DNA from: an uncultured bacterium
GTDB taxonomy: Bacteria; Chloroflexota; UBA5177; JANWHV01
Reading direction: 5' to 3'
Assembly: GCA_963729625.1 (NCBI GenBank)
Contig: CAVSOU010000010.1
Location: forward strand, 864,001-928,000
DNA: 64,000 nucleotides
Below, piece by piece: positions 32,118 through 41,889 of the stretch. A model generated the notes under the pieces. The model searched no databases, was not told where the DNA came from, and was given only the letters and a program-made list of their open reading frames with translations. The first letter of the stretch is position 1, and each line of letters begins with the position of its first letter. The position numbers were made by a program, and so were the translations under genes.

Positions 32118-32621
32118 CTACGTGGGTGACTTTCGCTCGCGCCGCGTTGCTTCCTGCTGCTTTCGCAAACGCGTCTTCATCTCTTCGATCTGCCGTTCTA
32201 TCTCGTCCGCCTTGCGCAATGCGTCGTCGAACGATTGCTGGGCATCGGCGGCAGCTTTGTGGGCTCGGTCGGAATCTTCCTGCCAGGCGCGTCCGTCGGT
32301 CGGTGTGCCGGGCGGATGGGCTCCGCTCGTGCGCTGGCGGTCCACATATGCTTGTCGCCCGTCGGCGGGCGCCGGACAGTGGACACACAGACTTCCCTGC
32401 TTCGATCGCTCGTAGCAATCCGGGCACAAATGGGACCGGCAGCGGACGCAACGATCGGCGCAGTGAGAGCATACGGCCTTGCCGCAGTTTGGCAGTCCAT
32501 CGTCGTGCGCGCCGCCACACACGAGTGTTGTAGACGTGGATCGCGAACAGTTATTGCAGCGCCACAAACCCTCGGTCGTGATAGTCACGCCTCCGATCTT
32601 TGGCTTCGCTACGCCTGCCAT
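32118..32621 (-). CDS. Cys-rich (12 Cys) zinc-finger-like protein with C-terminal coiled coil
   Basis: AGGAGG RBS, five CxxC pairs plus two single Cys, and a heptad-like charged C-terminus. Confidence 0.7.
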   Translation of the reverse strand: MAGVAKPKIGGVTITTEGLWRCNNCSRSTSTTLVCGGAHDDGLPNCGKAVCSHCADRCVRCRSHLCPDCYERSKQGSLCVHCPAPADGRQAYVDRQRTSGAHPPGTPTDGRAWQEDSDRAHKAAADAQQSFDDALRKADEIERQIEEMKTRLRKQQEATRRERKSPT

Positions 32622-32847
32622 CCGCGCGCCCTCCTGTCGTCAACCAGCGGTCCTACCGGAATTATGCCCCAGCCTGAGTCACAATGAAAGGCCGACGTGC
32701 GGTAAGCCGGCGAACGGCCTGTAATCGGTCATCTGTCCCTGAGGGGCCATGCCCTCGCCACTGCGACTCGTCTGCAACGGTCTGCTCTGCTCCCCTGTCA
32801 CTGTCGGCTCCGCCTGCGTCAGGCGCGGAGCGCGAGTGCCACACCTC

Positions 32848-32876
32848 TTGCAAGAGATGAAGCCACGTGCTAGAAT
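32848..32876 (+). promoter_or_regulatory. Sigma70 promoter of the sugar ABC operon
   Basis: TTGCAA-17 bp-TAGAAT with extended -10 (TGc). Confidence 0.75.
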
Positions 32877-32894
32877 AGCAGACGCGCTGGGACT

Positions 32895-32906
32895 TACACC
32901 GGTGTA
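32895..32906. promoter_or_regulatory. LacI-family-type operator TACACCGGTGTA
   Basis: Perfect 12-bp palindrome with central CG, just downstream of the promoter. Confidence 0.65.
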
Positions 32907-33202
32907 TTGAACGGGAGAGGCGGCTTCGCGGCCGGTCCTACGGTAGCACGGGTTCGCTCTCGGCCTCGATCGCGATTCCTCACCGGTTTACCTCAGTACG
33001 GGTCTCATTCGTTCTAGGCACGCACACCTGAATGGAAGGAGGGTGACAGCCTTTCGCCTGACCGGCATCCACAAACCAACCCCGAAGCGACCAGAGGGAG
33101 CGATGGCGCGTCTCATGCCGTTTCCGGACCGCGACTGGCAGGTACTGCGCGTTTCGGCCGATGAAGTCCATTGCTCGCTACGTAAGGCATAAGGAGAAAA
33201 AG

Positions 33203-34555
33203 TTGAAGTCCAGAACTCTTCTCATATCAGCGCTCCTGACCACTGCCACGGTGCTCTCGATGACCCCAGCCCTGCCGACCAGCGTGCATGCCGCCACCAG
33301 GGTCGCGGACGCTACCCTGAATGCCCCGCCTGTGCCCAACGCGGCCGCACTGAAAGCCAAGTATGGCGGCCAGAGCATCACGTACGTCGGCGGCTCGGTT
33401 GGCAGCGACCACAACCGCGACCTCATCCTCGCCGCGGAATTCACCAAGGATACGGGCATCGGCGTCAACATCGTCGAGGGCGCTGCTTCCTCCACCGATC
33501 ACTACTCTCAACTCGTGCGCGACTTCCAGGGTCACTCCAGCGCCTTTGACGTGATGGTGATCGACGTGATCTGGCCGGGCGCCTTCGCCCCCTATCTGGT
33601 CGACCTCAAGCCCTATTTCAGCAGTGCGGAGATCGCACGACAGGCGCCGGGTATCGTCGCCAACGATACGGTCGGCGGCCACCTGGTAGCCATGCCATGG
33701 TTCGGCGATTTCGGCATCCTCTACTATCGCACCGACCTGCTCAAGAAGTACGGCTTCAGCGCGCCGCCCACGACCTGGGACCAGCTCACGAGCATGGCCA
33801 CGACGATCGCGGCGGGCGAGCGCAAGTCCAACGCGAACTTCTCCGGTTTCGTCTTCCAGGGTGATTCGTACGAGGGCCTGACCTGTGACGCCCTCGAATG
33901 GCTGGCCTCCAGCGGCACGCCCGGCTTCATCGTGAACGGCAAGGCGGATCTGAACAACCCCTCCTTCATCAAGATGCTCAGCCTGGTCAAGAGCTGGGTG
34001 GGCACGATCAGCCCGCGCGGCGTCACCAGCATGGAGGAGGAAGGGGCTCGCAATATCTTCGACTCCGGAAACGCGGCGTTCATGCGCAACTGGCCGTATG
34101 CGTACGCCCTGTCCGCGGCCAAGGGCAGCAAGATCGCCGGCAAGTTCGACGTCACCACGCTGCCTGCCGAAACGGGGAGCAAGCCGGTGGGCACCGTCGG
34201 CGGCTGGCAGCTGGCCGTGTCCAAGTACTCCAAGAACATCCCCGCATCCGTGGAGTTCGTGCGCTACATGACCAGCCCGGCAGTGGAAAAGTTCGATGCC
34301 CTCTTCGCCAGCTACGTGCCAACCATCGCCTCCGTAGCCAGCGATCCCGTGGTTCGGGCAGCCAACCCATACCTCAAGCCGCAGATCGCCAACGTGATGC
34401 GCGTGGCGCGACCTGCCGGTCTGCTGGGCATCAACTACCAGCAGGCTTCCACGGACATCTACCAGGGCATCAATTCGGTCCTCAACGGGTCGAATCCTGC
34501 TTCAGTCTTGCCGGGGGTCGACAGCAAGCTGAACGCCTTGATGGCGAAACATTAG
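33203..34555 (+). CDS. Sugar ABC transporter substrate-binding protein (trehalose/maltose-like)
   Basis: Signal peptide, DVIWPG, LYYRTDLL.KYG, YEGLTC, FMRNWPYAY, GGWQLAVS; TTG start after AAGGAG. Confidence 0.92.
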   Translation: MKSRTLLISALLTTATVLSMTPALPTSVHAATRVADATLNAPPVPNAAALKAKYGGQSITYVGGSVGSDHNRDLILAAEFTKDTGIGVNIVEGAASSTDHYSQLVRDFQGHSSAFDVMVIDVIWPGAFAPYLVDLKPYFSSAEIARQAPGIVANDTVGGHLVAMPWFGDFGILYYRTDLLKKYGFSAPPTTWDQLTSMATTIAAGERKSNANFSGFVFQGDSYEGLTCDALEWLASSGTPGFIVNGKADLNNPSFIKMLSLVKSWVGTISPRGVTSMEEEGARNIFDSGNAAFMRNWPYAYALSAAKGSKIAGKFDVTTLPAETGSKPVGTVGGWQLAVSKYSKNIPASVEFVRYMTSPAVEKFDALFASYVPTIASVASDPVVRAANPYLKPQIANVMRVARPAGLLGINYQQASTDIYQGINSVLNGSNPASVLPGVDSKLNALMAKH

Positions 34556-34593
34556 TCCGAAGGCTCTGAGTATCTAGCGGTCCAGGTTGAATC

Positions 34594-34625
34594 GCCGGGG
34601 CTGGAAGGCACCTTCCAGTCCCGGC
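34594..34625 (+). terminator. Strong intercistronic hairpin after the binding-protein gene (mRNA-stabilising or partial terminator)
   Basis: GCCGGGGCTGGAAGG-CA-CCTTCCAGTCCCGGC, with no U-tract. Confidence 0.6.
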
Positions 34626-34642
34626 CAGTGGTCGGAGGGGAG

Positions 34643-35587
34643 ATGAACGAGCAGATCGGCCTGCCGGCCGGCATGAAGAAGCGCCGCGGCGGGTTCACCC
34701 TTCAGCAGCGACAGGTACGGCTGGCCTGGCTGATGCTTGTCCCGGCCCTATTGGTCCTGGTGTGTGTGGCCCTGTACCCGCTGATCCGCACCATCTACAG
34801 CAGCTTCACCAACGAGCAGTTCCTTGGCAGCGGCACCAAGTTCGTGGGATTCGAGAACTACTACAACATCTTCACGAACAACGTCAACGGCGGTTTTCCC
34901 GATTTCTTCTCCGCTATCGGCTTGACGCTCAAGTTTGCCGTCTGGTCCGTGGTTCTGGAGTTCTTCATCGGGCTCGGCATCGCCCTGGTGCTCAACTCTC
35001 GCTTCCAGGGCCGGGGCGCTATGCGCGCCGCCATGTTGGTGCCGTGGGCGATCCCCACAGTTGTATCTTCCCAGATGTGGAAGTGGATGCTCGACGACAC
35101 GTTCGGCGTGGTGAACGATTTTCTGGCCAAAATCCACGTGCTCAAGGCGCCCGGCCAAGCCTGGCTCGAAGACCCCAGTACGGCGCTGGCCTCCACCATA
35201 GCCGTGGACGTCTGGAAGACCACGCCGTTCGTGGCCCTGCTGCTGCTGGCCGGCCTGCAGGTCATCCCTACCGACATTTACGAGGCCGCCGCGGTCGACG
35301 GTGCCACCGGGTTCCAGAAGCTCTGGCGGATCACACTGCCGTTGCTGCGGCCGGCAATCGCCGTGACGCTCATCTTCCGCACGCTGGACGCAATTCGCGT
35401 GTTCGACATCTTCAACGTATTCTTCGGCAACCGCGCAGACACGCAGACCATGGCCACGACCATTCAGAATGAGATCGTGACCAGCAACCAGGTTGGTTAT
35501 GGCGCCGCCTTGAGCGTCGTCATGTTCGTGATCATCGCGGTCTTCGTCGTGCTTTATACGAGTGTATTCAAGGTGGAGCAGCAATGA
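34643..35587 (+). CDS. Carbohydrate ABC transporter permease (MalF-like)
   Basis: FVGFENY, PWAIP, DVWKTTPF, EAA.VDGA. Confidence 0.93.
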   Translation: MNEQIGLPAGMKKRRGGFTLQQRQVRLAWLMLVPALLVLVCVALYPLIRTIYSSFTNEQFLGSGTKFVGFENYYNIFTNNVNGGFPDFFSAIGLTLKFAVWSVVLEFFIGLGIALVLNSRFQGRGAMRAAMLVPWAIPTVVSSQMWKWMLDDTFGVVNDFLAKIHVLKAPGQAWLEDPSTALASTIAVDVWKTTPFVALLLLAGLQVIPTDIYEAAAVDGATGFQKLWRITLPLLRPAIAVTLIFRTLDAIRVFDIFNVFFGNRADTQTMATTIQNEIVTSNQVGYGAALSVVMFVIIAVFVVLYTSVFKVEQQ

Positions 35588-36483
35588 GCGTCAATGCAAT
35601 CCCGCGGTCTGCCCGCGCCGCTACGCCGCTCTTGAAAGGCGGCGCCCCGCGCCAAAACCTCGTATTGCGGGGCCTGTTCTACCTGGTGATCGTCGTGATC
35701 GCCTTCTACATGCTGTTCCCGTTCTACTGGGCAATTCGCTCTGCGCTGACCAAGGAGACCGACCTCTTCCTCACTCCCGTGCAGTACTTCCCCAGCAGCC
35801 CCACGTTGGACAACTTCAATAGCGCCTTGACCGGCGGCGTGCTGAAGCCCGCACTGGTCAATTCTGCCATCGTCGCCTGCTCGGTGACCCTGCTGTCGCT
35901 GGCGGTCGGCTCCTCCGCTGCCTACGCCCTGGGGCGTCTGAAGTTCCGCGGCCGCACCGTGATGATGTACGTCATCCTCTCCATGACCATCTTCCCCCAG
36001 ATTGCCATCCTGGGCGCGCTGTATACCGCGTTCAGCAACTTCGGCATGATCAACACGTCGTGGTCGCTGATCATCTCGTACCTGATTTTCACGCTGCCCT
36101 TTACCGTGTGGGTGCTGCAGAGCTTCTTCCGCACCATGCCGAAGGAGCTCGAGGAGTCAGCCTATGTGGATGGCGCGTCTCCGTTCCGGACGTTCTGGTC
36201 GATCATGCTGCCACTGGCGGCGCCCGGACTGGTCACCACCGGGTTGCTGGCCTTCATCAATGCCTGGAACGAGTACCTCTACGCGGTGTCGTTCCTGCAG
36301 ACATCCGACCACTATACGGTTCCCGTGACCATTGCCGCCTGGCCGGGCAATAGCCAGTACGCGCGCCCCTGGGGAGACATCATGGCGGCCACCGTGGTCG
36401 TGACGGTACCGCTGATCATCCTGGTCCTGATATTCCAGCGCCGCCTGGTGGCCGGTCTGACCGCCGGCGCGGTCAAGGGATAG
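35584..36483 (+). CDS. Carbohydrate ABC transporter permease (MalG-like)
   Basis: PFYW, ELEESAYVDGA, AWNEYL, GLTAGAVKG; ATGA coupling to the previous gene. Confidence 0.93.
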   Translation: MSVNAIPRSARAATPLLKGGAPRQNLVLRGLFYLVIVVIAFYMLFPFYWAIRSALTKETDLFLTPVQYFPSSPTLDNFNSALTGGVLKPALVNSAIVACSVTLLSLAVGSSAAYALGRLKFRGRTVMMYVILSMTIFPQIAILGALYTAFSNFGMINTSWSLIISYLIFTLPFTVWVLQSFFRTMPKELEESAYVDGASPFRTFWSIMLPLAAPGLVTTGLLAFINAWNEYLYAVSFLQTSDHYTVPVTIAAWPGNSQYARPWGDIMAATVVVTVPLIILVLIFQRRLVAGLTAGAVKG

Positions 36484-36537
36484 GCGCCTGGCGAATGACC
36501 TGATTCACTGCGCACCGCATCTTGTAGGTAGAGAATA

Positions 36538-38958
36538 ATGAGCAGCGATGCCCAGGAAGGCAGGGAGTATCTGCACCCTGTCGAGCCCTGGAGGTTGACT
36601 GAACGCGCGTTCGATGCCGGCGCCAGCGTGCTCAACGAGACCCTGTTCGCGCTGGGCAACGGGTACGTTGGGCTGCGCGGCGCGCACGAAGAAGCATTCG
36701 CCGGCCACGGGTATCGTTCGTTGGACGGGACGTACCTCAACGGTTTCTACGAGTCGGACGACATTCAGTATCCTGAACCGGCCTTCGGCCTGGCGCGGCA
36801 TCACCAGTTCATGCTCAACGTGCCAAACGCCAAGGGCATTCGGCTGTACGTGGACGGCGAGCTCTTTAGCCTGCTGCGCGGCACGATCGAGCGGTACGAG
36901 CGGTGGATCGACTTCCGGGAAGGAGTACTGCACCGCTCGATCGTCTGGAAGTCTCCCAGCGGCAGGCGAGTGACGATCGCCAGCAGGCGGCTCGTCTGCT
37001 TCACGCACAAACATCTCTTCGCACTCGACTATGAGGTGCGCCCACTCGATGGGTCCGCCAGCGTTCGACTGGTATCCGTGCTCGACGGCCAGGTCAGCAA
37101 CCTGGAGACAGCAGACGACCCCAGGGTTGGCACCGCCGTGTCCGGGCCTAGGCTCCAGCTCGAAGACGTGCACCTCACCGCTGATCTCATGACCCTTACC
37201 CATCGCACCCAACACAGCGGGTTCGTACTGGTGAGCGGGGTTCACACCGATTTTGTGCACGATAGCTCCGGCACGCCGGCACGAGACGTTGAACGCAGCG
37301 ACCAGCGGCTGGAACAGCGCTTCACCGTCGACCTTCGGGCCGGCCAAGCCGCGCGGCTGACCAAGCTCGGCGTCTATTGCACCTCCCGTGACTTCGCCGA
37401 GGATCGGGTCATGGAGGAGGCTCAGTTGGCCCTGCTGGTAGGTCACCGCACCGGTTTTGATGTCCTCTGCGAGGAGCAAAGAAGCTTTCTGGCGGAGTTC
37501 TGGCGCTGCGCGGAGGTCGAGATCGCCGGGGATGATTCCCTCCAGCAGGGCATCCACTTCAATCAGTTTCACCTTCTCCAGTCTGTCGGACGGGACGGCA
37601 AGACGAACATCGCGGCCAAGGGCGTGACCGGCGAGGGCTACGCGGGTCACTATTTCTGGGATTCGGAGACGTACGTCTTCCCGTTTTTCCTGTTCACGAA
37701 GCCGGAGATCGCGCGCTGCCTTCTGCAGTTCCGCTACGAGGGACTTGGGCAGGCTCGCGACCGTGCCTGCGAGCTCTCCCGCGCCTGCAGACCCGCGGCC
37801 GGTGCGGGTGGTCCGGATCCGGCGACGGGAGCGCTTTACCCCTGGCGCACTATCGGCGGTGAGGAGTGCTCGGCATACTTCCCCGCAGGAACCGCCCAGT
37901 ACCACATCAACGCCGACATCGCCTACTCGATCAAGTTGTATGAGGAGGCCACGGGCGACACGGATCTTGTCTATTCCCGTGGCGCCGAGGTCGTCCTGCA
38001 GACCGCCAGAATCTGGATGGAAATTGGCTGCTACGTCGAGCGGCGCGGCGGCCACTTTTGCATCCACGAAGTGACCGGCCCCGACGAGTACAAGGCGCTG
38101 GTCAACAACAATTACTACACGAACGCGATGGCGAAGATGCACCTGCAGTACGCCGCGGACCTGGCGACCCGGATGGTCGGGGCAGAGCCACGAGCGTTCC
38201 AGGACCTGGCCGAGCGAATCCGGCTCCGTCCCGACGAGCCCGGCGAGTGGCGCCGCGCAGCCGAGCTGATGTATCTGCCGTATGACGACAAGTTGCGCAT
38301 CCACCCGCAGGACGATAGCTTCCTCTTCAAGGAGAAATGGGACTTTGCTAAAGCCCATCAGGGTTCAGGTCCTCTGCTCATGCACTTCCACCCGCTCGTC
38401 ATCTACCGTTACCAGATATGCAAGCAGGCAGACGTCGTACTGGCGCTCCTCCTCCTCGGGCATTGGTTCGATCCCGACGACAAACGGCGAGATTTCGACT
38501 ACTATGAAGCCGTAACGACGCACGATTCGTCTCTTTCCGGCTGCATATTCGGCATTATCGCCGCCGAAGTCGGCTACCGCGAGAAAGCCTACAAATACTT
38601 CATGGAGACGGCGCGCCTGGACCTTGACGACACGCACGGCAACACCGAGACCGGAGTGCACACCGCGGCGATGGCCGGGACGTGGATGGGCGTGGTATAC
38701 GGATTCGCCGGCATGCGCTTACAGGACGGCCGGCTGCGATTCGCGCCCTACCTTCCCGGCAAGTGGACGCGGTACCAGTTCAAGATTCGCTTCCTCGGAA
38801 GGCTCTTGCAGGTGCGTGTCGACGAGCACCATGCGACGTACTCACTGCTCGAGGGCAATGCGATCGAATTTCAGCATCGCGACCGGGCGATACGACTCTC
38901 CTCCGGCGACTCGGCCGAAGTGGCGGTCGACGCGCAGGTTTTGCATGAACGTGCATAG
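36538..38958 (+). CDS. GH65 alpha-glucoside (maltose/trehalose/kojibiose) phosphorylase
   Basis: ETLFALGNGYVGLRG, KGVTGEGYAGHYFWDSE, VTGPDEY, KQADVVL, HDSSLS. Confidence 0.93.
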   Translation: MSSDAQEGREYLHPVEPWRLTERAFDAGASVLNETLFALGNGYVGLRGAHEEAFAGHGYRSLDGTYLNGFYESDDIQYPEPAFGLARHHQFMLNVPNAKGIRLYVDGELFSLLRGTIERYERWIDFREGVLHRSIVWKSPSGRRVTIASRRLVCFTHKHLFALDYEVRPLDGSASVRLVSVLDGQVSNLETADDPRVGTAVSGPRLQLEDVHLTADLMTLTHRTQHSGFVLVSGVHTDFVHDSSGTPARDVERSDQRLEQRFTVDLRAGQAARLTKLGVYCTSRDFAEDRVMEEAQLALLVGHRTGFDVLCEEQRSFLAEFWRCAEVEIAGDDSLQQGIHFNQFHLLQSVGRDGKTNIAAKGVTGEGYAGHYFWDSETYVFPFFLFTKPEIARCLLQFRYEGLGQARDRACELSRACRPAAGAGGPDPATGALYPWRTIGGEECSAYFPAGTAQYHINADIAYSIKLYEEATGDTDLVYSRGAEVVLQTARIWMEIGCYVERRGGHFCIHEVTGPDEYKALVNNNYYTNAMAKMHLQYAADLATRMVGAEPRAFQDLAERIRLRPDEPGEWRRAAELMYLPYDDKLRIHPQDDSFLFKEKWDFAKAHQGSGPLLMHFHPLVIYRYQICKQADVVLALLLLGHWFDPDDKRRDFDYYEAVTTHDSSLSGCIFGIIAAEVGYREKAYKYFMETARLDLDDTHGNTETGVHTAAMAGTWMGVVYGFAGMRLQDGRLRFAPYLPGKWTRYQFKIRFLGRLLQVRVDEHHATYSLLEGNAIEFQHRDRAIRLSSGDSAEVAVDAQVLHERA

Positions 38959-39016
38959 GGAGCGACGAGGGCAACGACTGGCCGCAAGCACCACGCTCGT
39001 GCGTGCAACGAGAGGG

Positions 39017-39709
39017 ATGACGGTGCCTAAGCAACGGGACTATCGAGCGGTCATCTTTGACCTCGATGGCGTGATCACCGATACAGCACGCTACCATTTC
39101 CTTGGCTGGAAGAGGCTGGCAGAGCGTGAGGGGATCCCGTTCGATGAGCAGTTCAACGAACGATTGAAGGGCGTGGACCGTATGGGCTCGCTCGACCTGA
39201 TACTCGCCCAGTCCGCCAAACAGTATTCCGCGACCGAAAGACTCGCGTTGGCGGACGAGAAGAACGAGTACTACAGACAATTGATCGCCTCCATGACACC
39301 GGTCGATCTTCTTCCGGGCGCGCTGAATGCGCTGACATCGGTCCATGCCGCCGGCCTCAAGGTCGGCCTGGCCTCCGTGAGCAAGAACGCTCCCACGGTG
39401 CTCGATCGACTGGGAATTGCCACACTCTTCGATTACGTCGTGGACGCCCGAACCGTGGCCAAGGGCAAGCCCGACCCGGAGATCTTCTTGCAGGCCGCAG
39501 ACCGCCTGGGTGTGCCGCCTGCTCTGAGCATCGGCGTGGAGGATGCCATCGCAGGCGTGCAGGCGATCAAGGCGGCCGGAATGTACGCCGTCGGCATTGG
39601 CGACCCGGCAGTGCTCCGGCAGGCCGACTTCGTCCTTCCCGGTCTCCAGGACTTCCGCATCGCCGACGTTCTGGACAAAGCAGAGCGTCGGGCCATTGAG
39701 CGCAAGTGA
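39017..39709 (+). CDS. pgmB: Beta-phosphoglucomutase
   Basis: IFDLDGVITDTA.YH..GW, LKGVDR, GKPDPEIF, EDAIAGVQAI; directly follows GH65. Confidence 0.92.
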   Translation: MTVPKQRDYRAVIFDLDGVITDTARYHFLGWKRLAEREGIPFDEQFNERLKGVDRMGSLDLILAQSAKQYSATERLALADEKNEYYRQLIASMTPVDLLPGALNALTSVHAAGLKVGLASVSKNAPTVLDRLGIATLFDYVVDARTVAKGKPDPEIFLQAADRLGVPPALSIGVEDAIAGVQAIKAAGMYAVGIGDPAVLRQADFVLPGLQDFRIADVLDKAERRAIERK

Positions 39710-39764
39710 CGATGCTCCTCGAGCGCCCTAACCATGCCGTGAACTGCGCCGAGCCGCCGGACAA

Positions 39765-40382
39765 TCAACCGTCGCTTGTATGCGCGGGCCCTGAATCGCG
39801 CCCGACATTGCCTGGGGCACTGCGACGGCTCACCTCCCACTCGACGGCAAGCATGGCATAGACGTACTCGTCGCCCCAAGCGCCCTTGAAGCATTCGTTT
39901 TGGCGAAAATACGCCTCGCGCCGCATTCCCAGGCGCTCCATCAACCGCGCTGATGCTGCATTTCGCGCGTCGCAGCGCCCGACAATCCGGTGCAGCCCCA
40001 GCTCTGAGAACCCCAACCGCAATACCTCAGCAGCCGCCTCGCGCCCGTACCCACGTCCGTGATGCTCTGGATCGAGGACGAAGCCAATCTCCCCCTGCTG
40101 ATGTTGCGCGCTGAGCCACAGGAGGCTTACATCCCCTATCATGGCGCCGGAGTCGCGCCGGTCAATCGCCAGAAACAACCGGTCGCCTTCTCTCTCCAGC
40201 GTCGGATGCTGTGCTCTTCCCGCGAGAATGTCGCGGACCTCGGCACGGGTGCGCGGCTCTCCATAGAGATACCTCATCACCTCCGGCCGGCATTGGATCG
40301 CGTAGAGCGCGTCCAGGTCGTCGAGTGTGAACGGGCGAAGACGCAGTCGTGCAGTCTCAATAGGATATTCCGGTCGCAGCAT
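39765..40382 (-). CDS. RimJ/RimL-type GNAT N-acetyltransferase
   Basis: ETARLRLRPF, GRGYGREA, N.ASARLMERLGM.REA. Confidence 0.88.
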   Translation of the reverse strand: MLRPEYPIETARLRLRPFTLDDLDALYAIQCRPEVMRYLYGEPRTRAEVRDILAGRAQHPTLEREGDRLFLAIDRRDSGAMIGDVSLLWLSAQHQQGEIGFVLDPEHHGRGYGREAAAEVLRLGFSELGLHRIVGRCDARNAASARLMERLGMRREAYFRQNECFKGAWGDEYVYAMLAVEWEVSRRSAPGNVGRDSGPAHTSDG

Positions 40383-40398
40383 GATGAACGCCTTCGGG

Positions 40399-41889
40399 CT
40401 ATATCTGGGGCAGTTCGAGCACCACTCCGCTCCGAGCCGGTACCTGCAGCCTGAGCCGGAGACCGCTCGAGGTCAGAATGTCGGCAGTGCCGAAGCTCAC
40501 GCGCGGAGCCCCGGACGATCCGGGCAGGGCCGCCACGGGAACGTCGACGATCTGTGCCGCGTCGCCCACGTTCAGCGCCACGACCATGGCGGGCTTTCCA
40601 CGACCGGTGTCTTGGCCAGGCAAGCGGGCAAACGCGTAGGTTGTGTCGCCAGCGGCCAGCGGAAGATACTTGCCCGTACGCAGCGCTTCGTGCTCGTGGC
40701 GTAGTTTGATGACATCCCTTGTAGCCTGTAACAGTGACCTATCCCAGGTTTGCGGCTGATCCCATGGAAAGGCCCGTCGCGCCAAAGCATCGCTCGGTCC
40801 TCCGGTCAGCCCTATCTCATCGCCATAGTATATCGAGGGCGCGCCGGGGTAGGTGCACAGCAAGAGCAGCGCGAGCTTCAGGCTCTGCACGTCGCCATTC
40901 GCCAGAGTCATGAACCGAGACGTGTCGTGACTGCCGAGCAGATTGTACTGCACGAGCTGGGTCGGCCACGGATAGGTGGCAAGCAGCGTATCGATCCTGC
41001 TTGCATACTCGACACCGGTCAGAGGCGGATACGGGCGATAGCCCCGCTCACCAACCATTTCCGGGCGTACTCGCGAGCCAGCAGTGAAAGCAATGACTGC
41101 CTCGGTAAACGGATAGTTCATGGTCGCGTCGAAAGTGTCCCCTCGGAGATGTTCCGGTACCATGTGCCAGATCTCCGCCACGATGTATGCTTCGGGGTTG
41201 ATCCGCCTGATCCTTTGCCGAAACTCCTGCCAGAAACCCGATGCGGAGATCTCGAGCGGCACGTCCAGCCGCCAGCCGTCGATGCCTCTGCGCATCCAAT
41301 ATTCGCCTACCTGCATCAGGTATTCCCGCACTCTTGGGTTGTCAGTATTCAGCTTGGGAAGGGCATGCAGCCCGTACCACGCCACATAGCCGGGAGGCCG
41401 GCTCGGGTCATACGCGTTGGGAGGATAGCCTTCAAACGTGAACCAATCCAACCACGGGGACGCCGCACCGTTCTCGAGCACGTCGTTGAATCGGAAGAAA
41501 CCCCGGCTGGCATGGTTGAAAACGCCGTCGAGCACGATCCTCAGGCCCCGCCGTTTGCATGCGCGCACAAGCGCCTCGAATGCCTCGTCGCCGCCCAGCA
41601 GCGGATCGATCCGATAGTAGTCGTGGGTGTGATAGCGGTGATTTGACGCCGACTGGAAAACAGGGTTGAAGTAGAGCGCGGTAACGCCGAGATCGAGCAG
41701 GTAGTCGAGCTTCTCGATCACGCCATACAGGTCGCCGCCCTTGTAGCCGTGTGTGCTGGGCTCGCTCTCCCAGGATTCGAGACTGGTCGGTTTCTCCAGC
41801 AGTGCGCTCTTGGCGAAGCGATCTGGGAAGATCTGATAGAAGACGGCGTGCTTGACCCAATCGAGCGTTTCATCGTCCTTCATGTTCAC
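40399..41889 (-). CDS. GH13 neopullulanase/cyclomaltodextrinase-like alpha-amylase (no N-domain)
   Basis: FYQIFPDRF, DGVFNH, DGWRLDV, AEIW, LLGSHD. Confidence 0.92.
   Translation of the reverse strand: MNMKDDETLDWVKHAVFYQIFPDRFAKSALLEKPTSLESWESEPSTHGYKGGDLYGVIEKLDYLLDLGVTALYFNPVFQSASNHRYHTHDYYRIDPLLGGDEAFEALVRACKRRGLRIVLDGVFNHASRGFFRFNDVLENGAASPWLDWFTFEGYPPNAYDPSRPPGYVAWYGLHALPKLNTDNPRVREYLMQVGEYWMRRGIDGWRLDVPLEISASGFWQEFRQRIRRINPEAYIVAEIWHMVPEHLRGDTFDATMNYPFTEAVIAFTAGSRVRPEMVGERGYRPYPPLTGVEYASRIDTLLATYPWPTQLVQYNLLGSHDTSRFMTLANGDVQSLKLALLLLCTYPGAPSIYYGDEIGLTGGPSDALARRAFPWDQPQTWDRSLLQATRDVIKLRHEHEALRTGKYLPLAAGDTTYAFARLPGQDTGRGKPAMVVALNVGDAAQIVDVPVAALPGSSGAPRVSFGTADILTSSGLRLRLQVPARSGVVLELPQI

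Noticed and set aside
33042-33192. About 50-codon leader ORF upstream of the binding protein
   Set aside because: The GTG directly abuts the SD-like sequence and the peptide shows no telling composition.
36505-38358. 617-aa antisense ORF
   Set aside because: Shadow of the GH65 gene caused by high-GC codon bias; no motifs.
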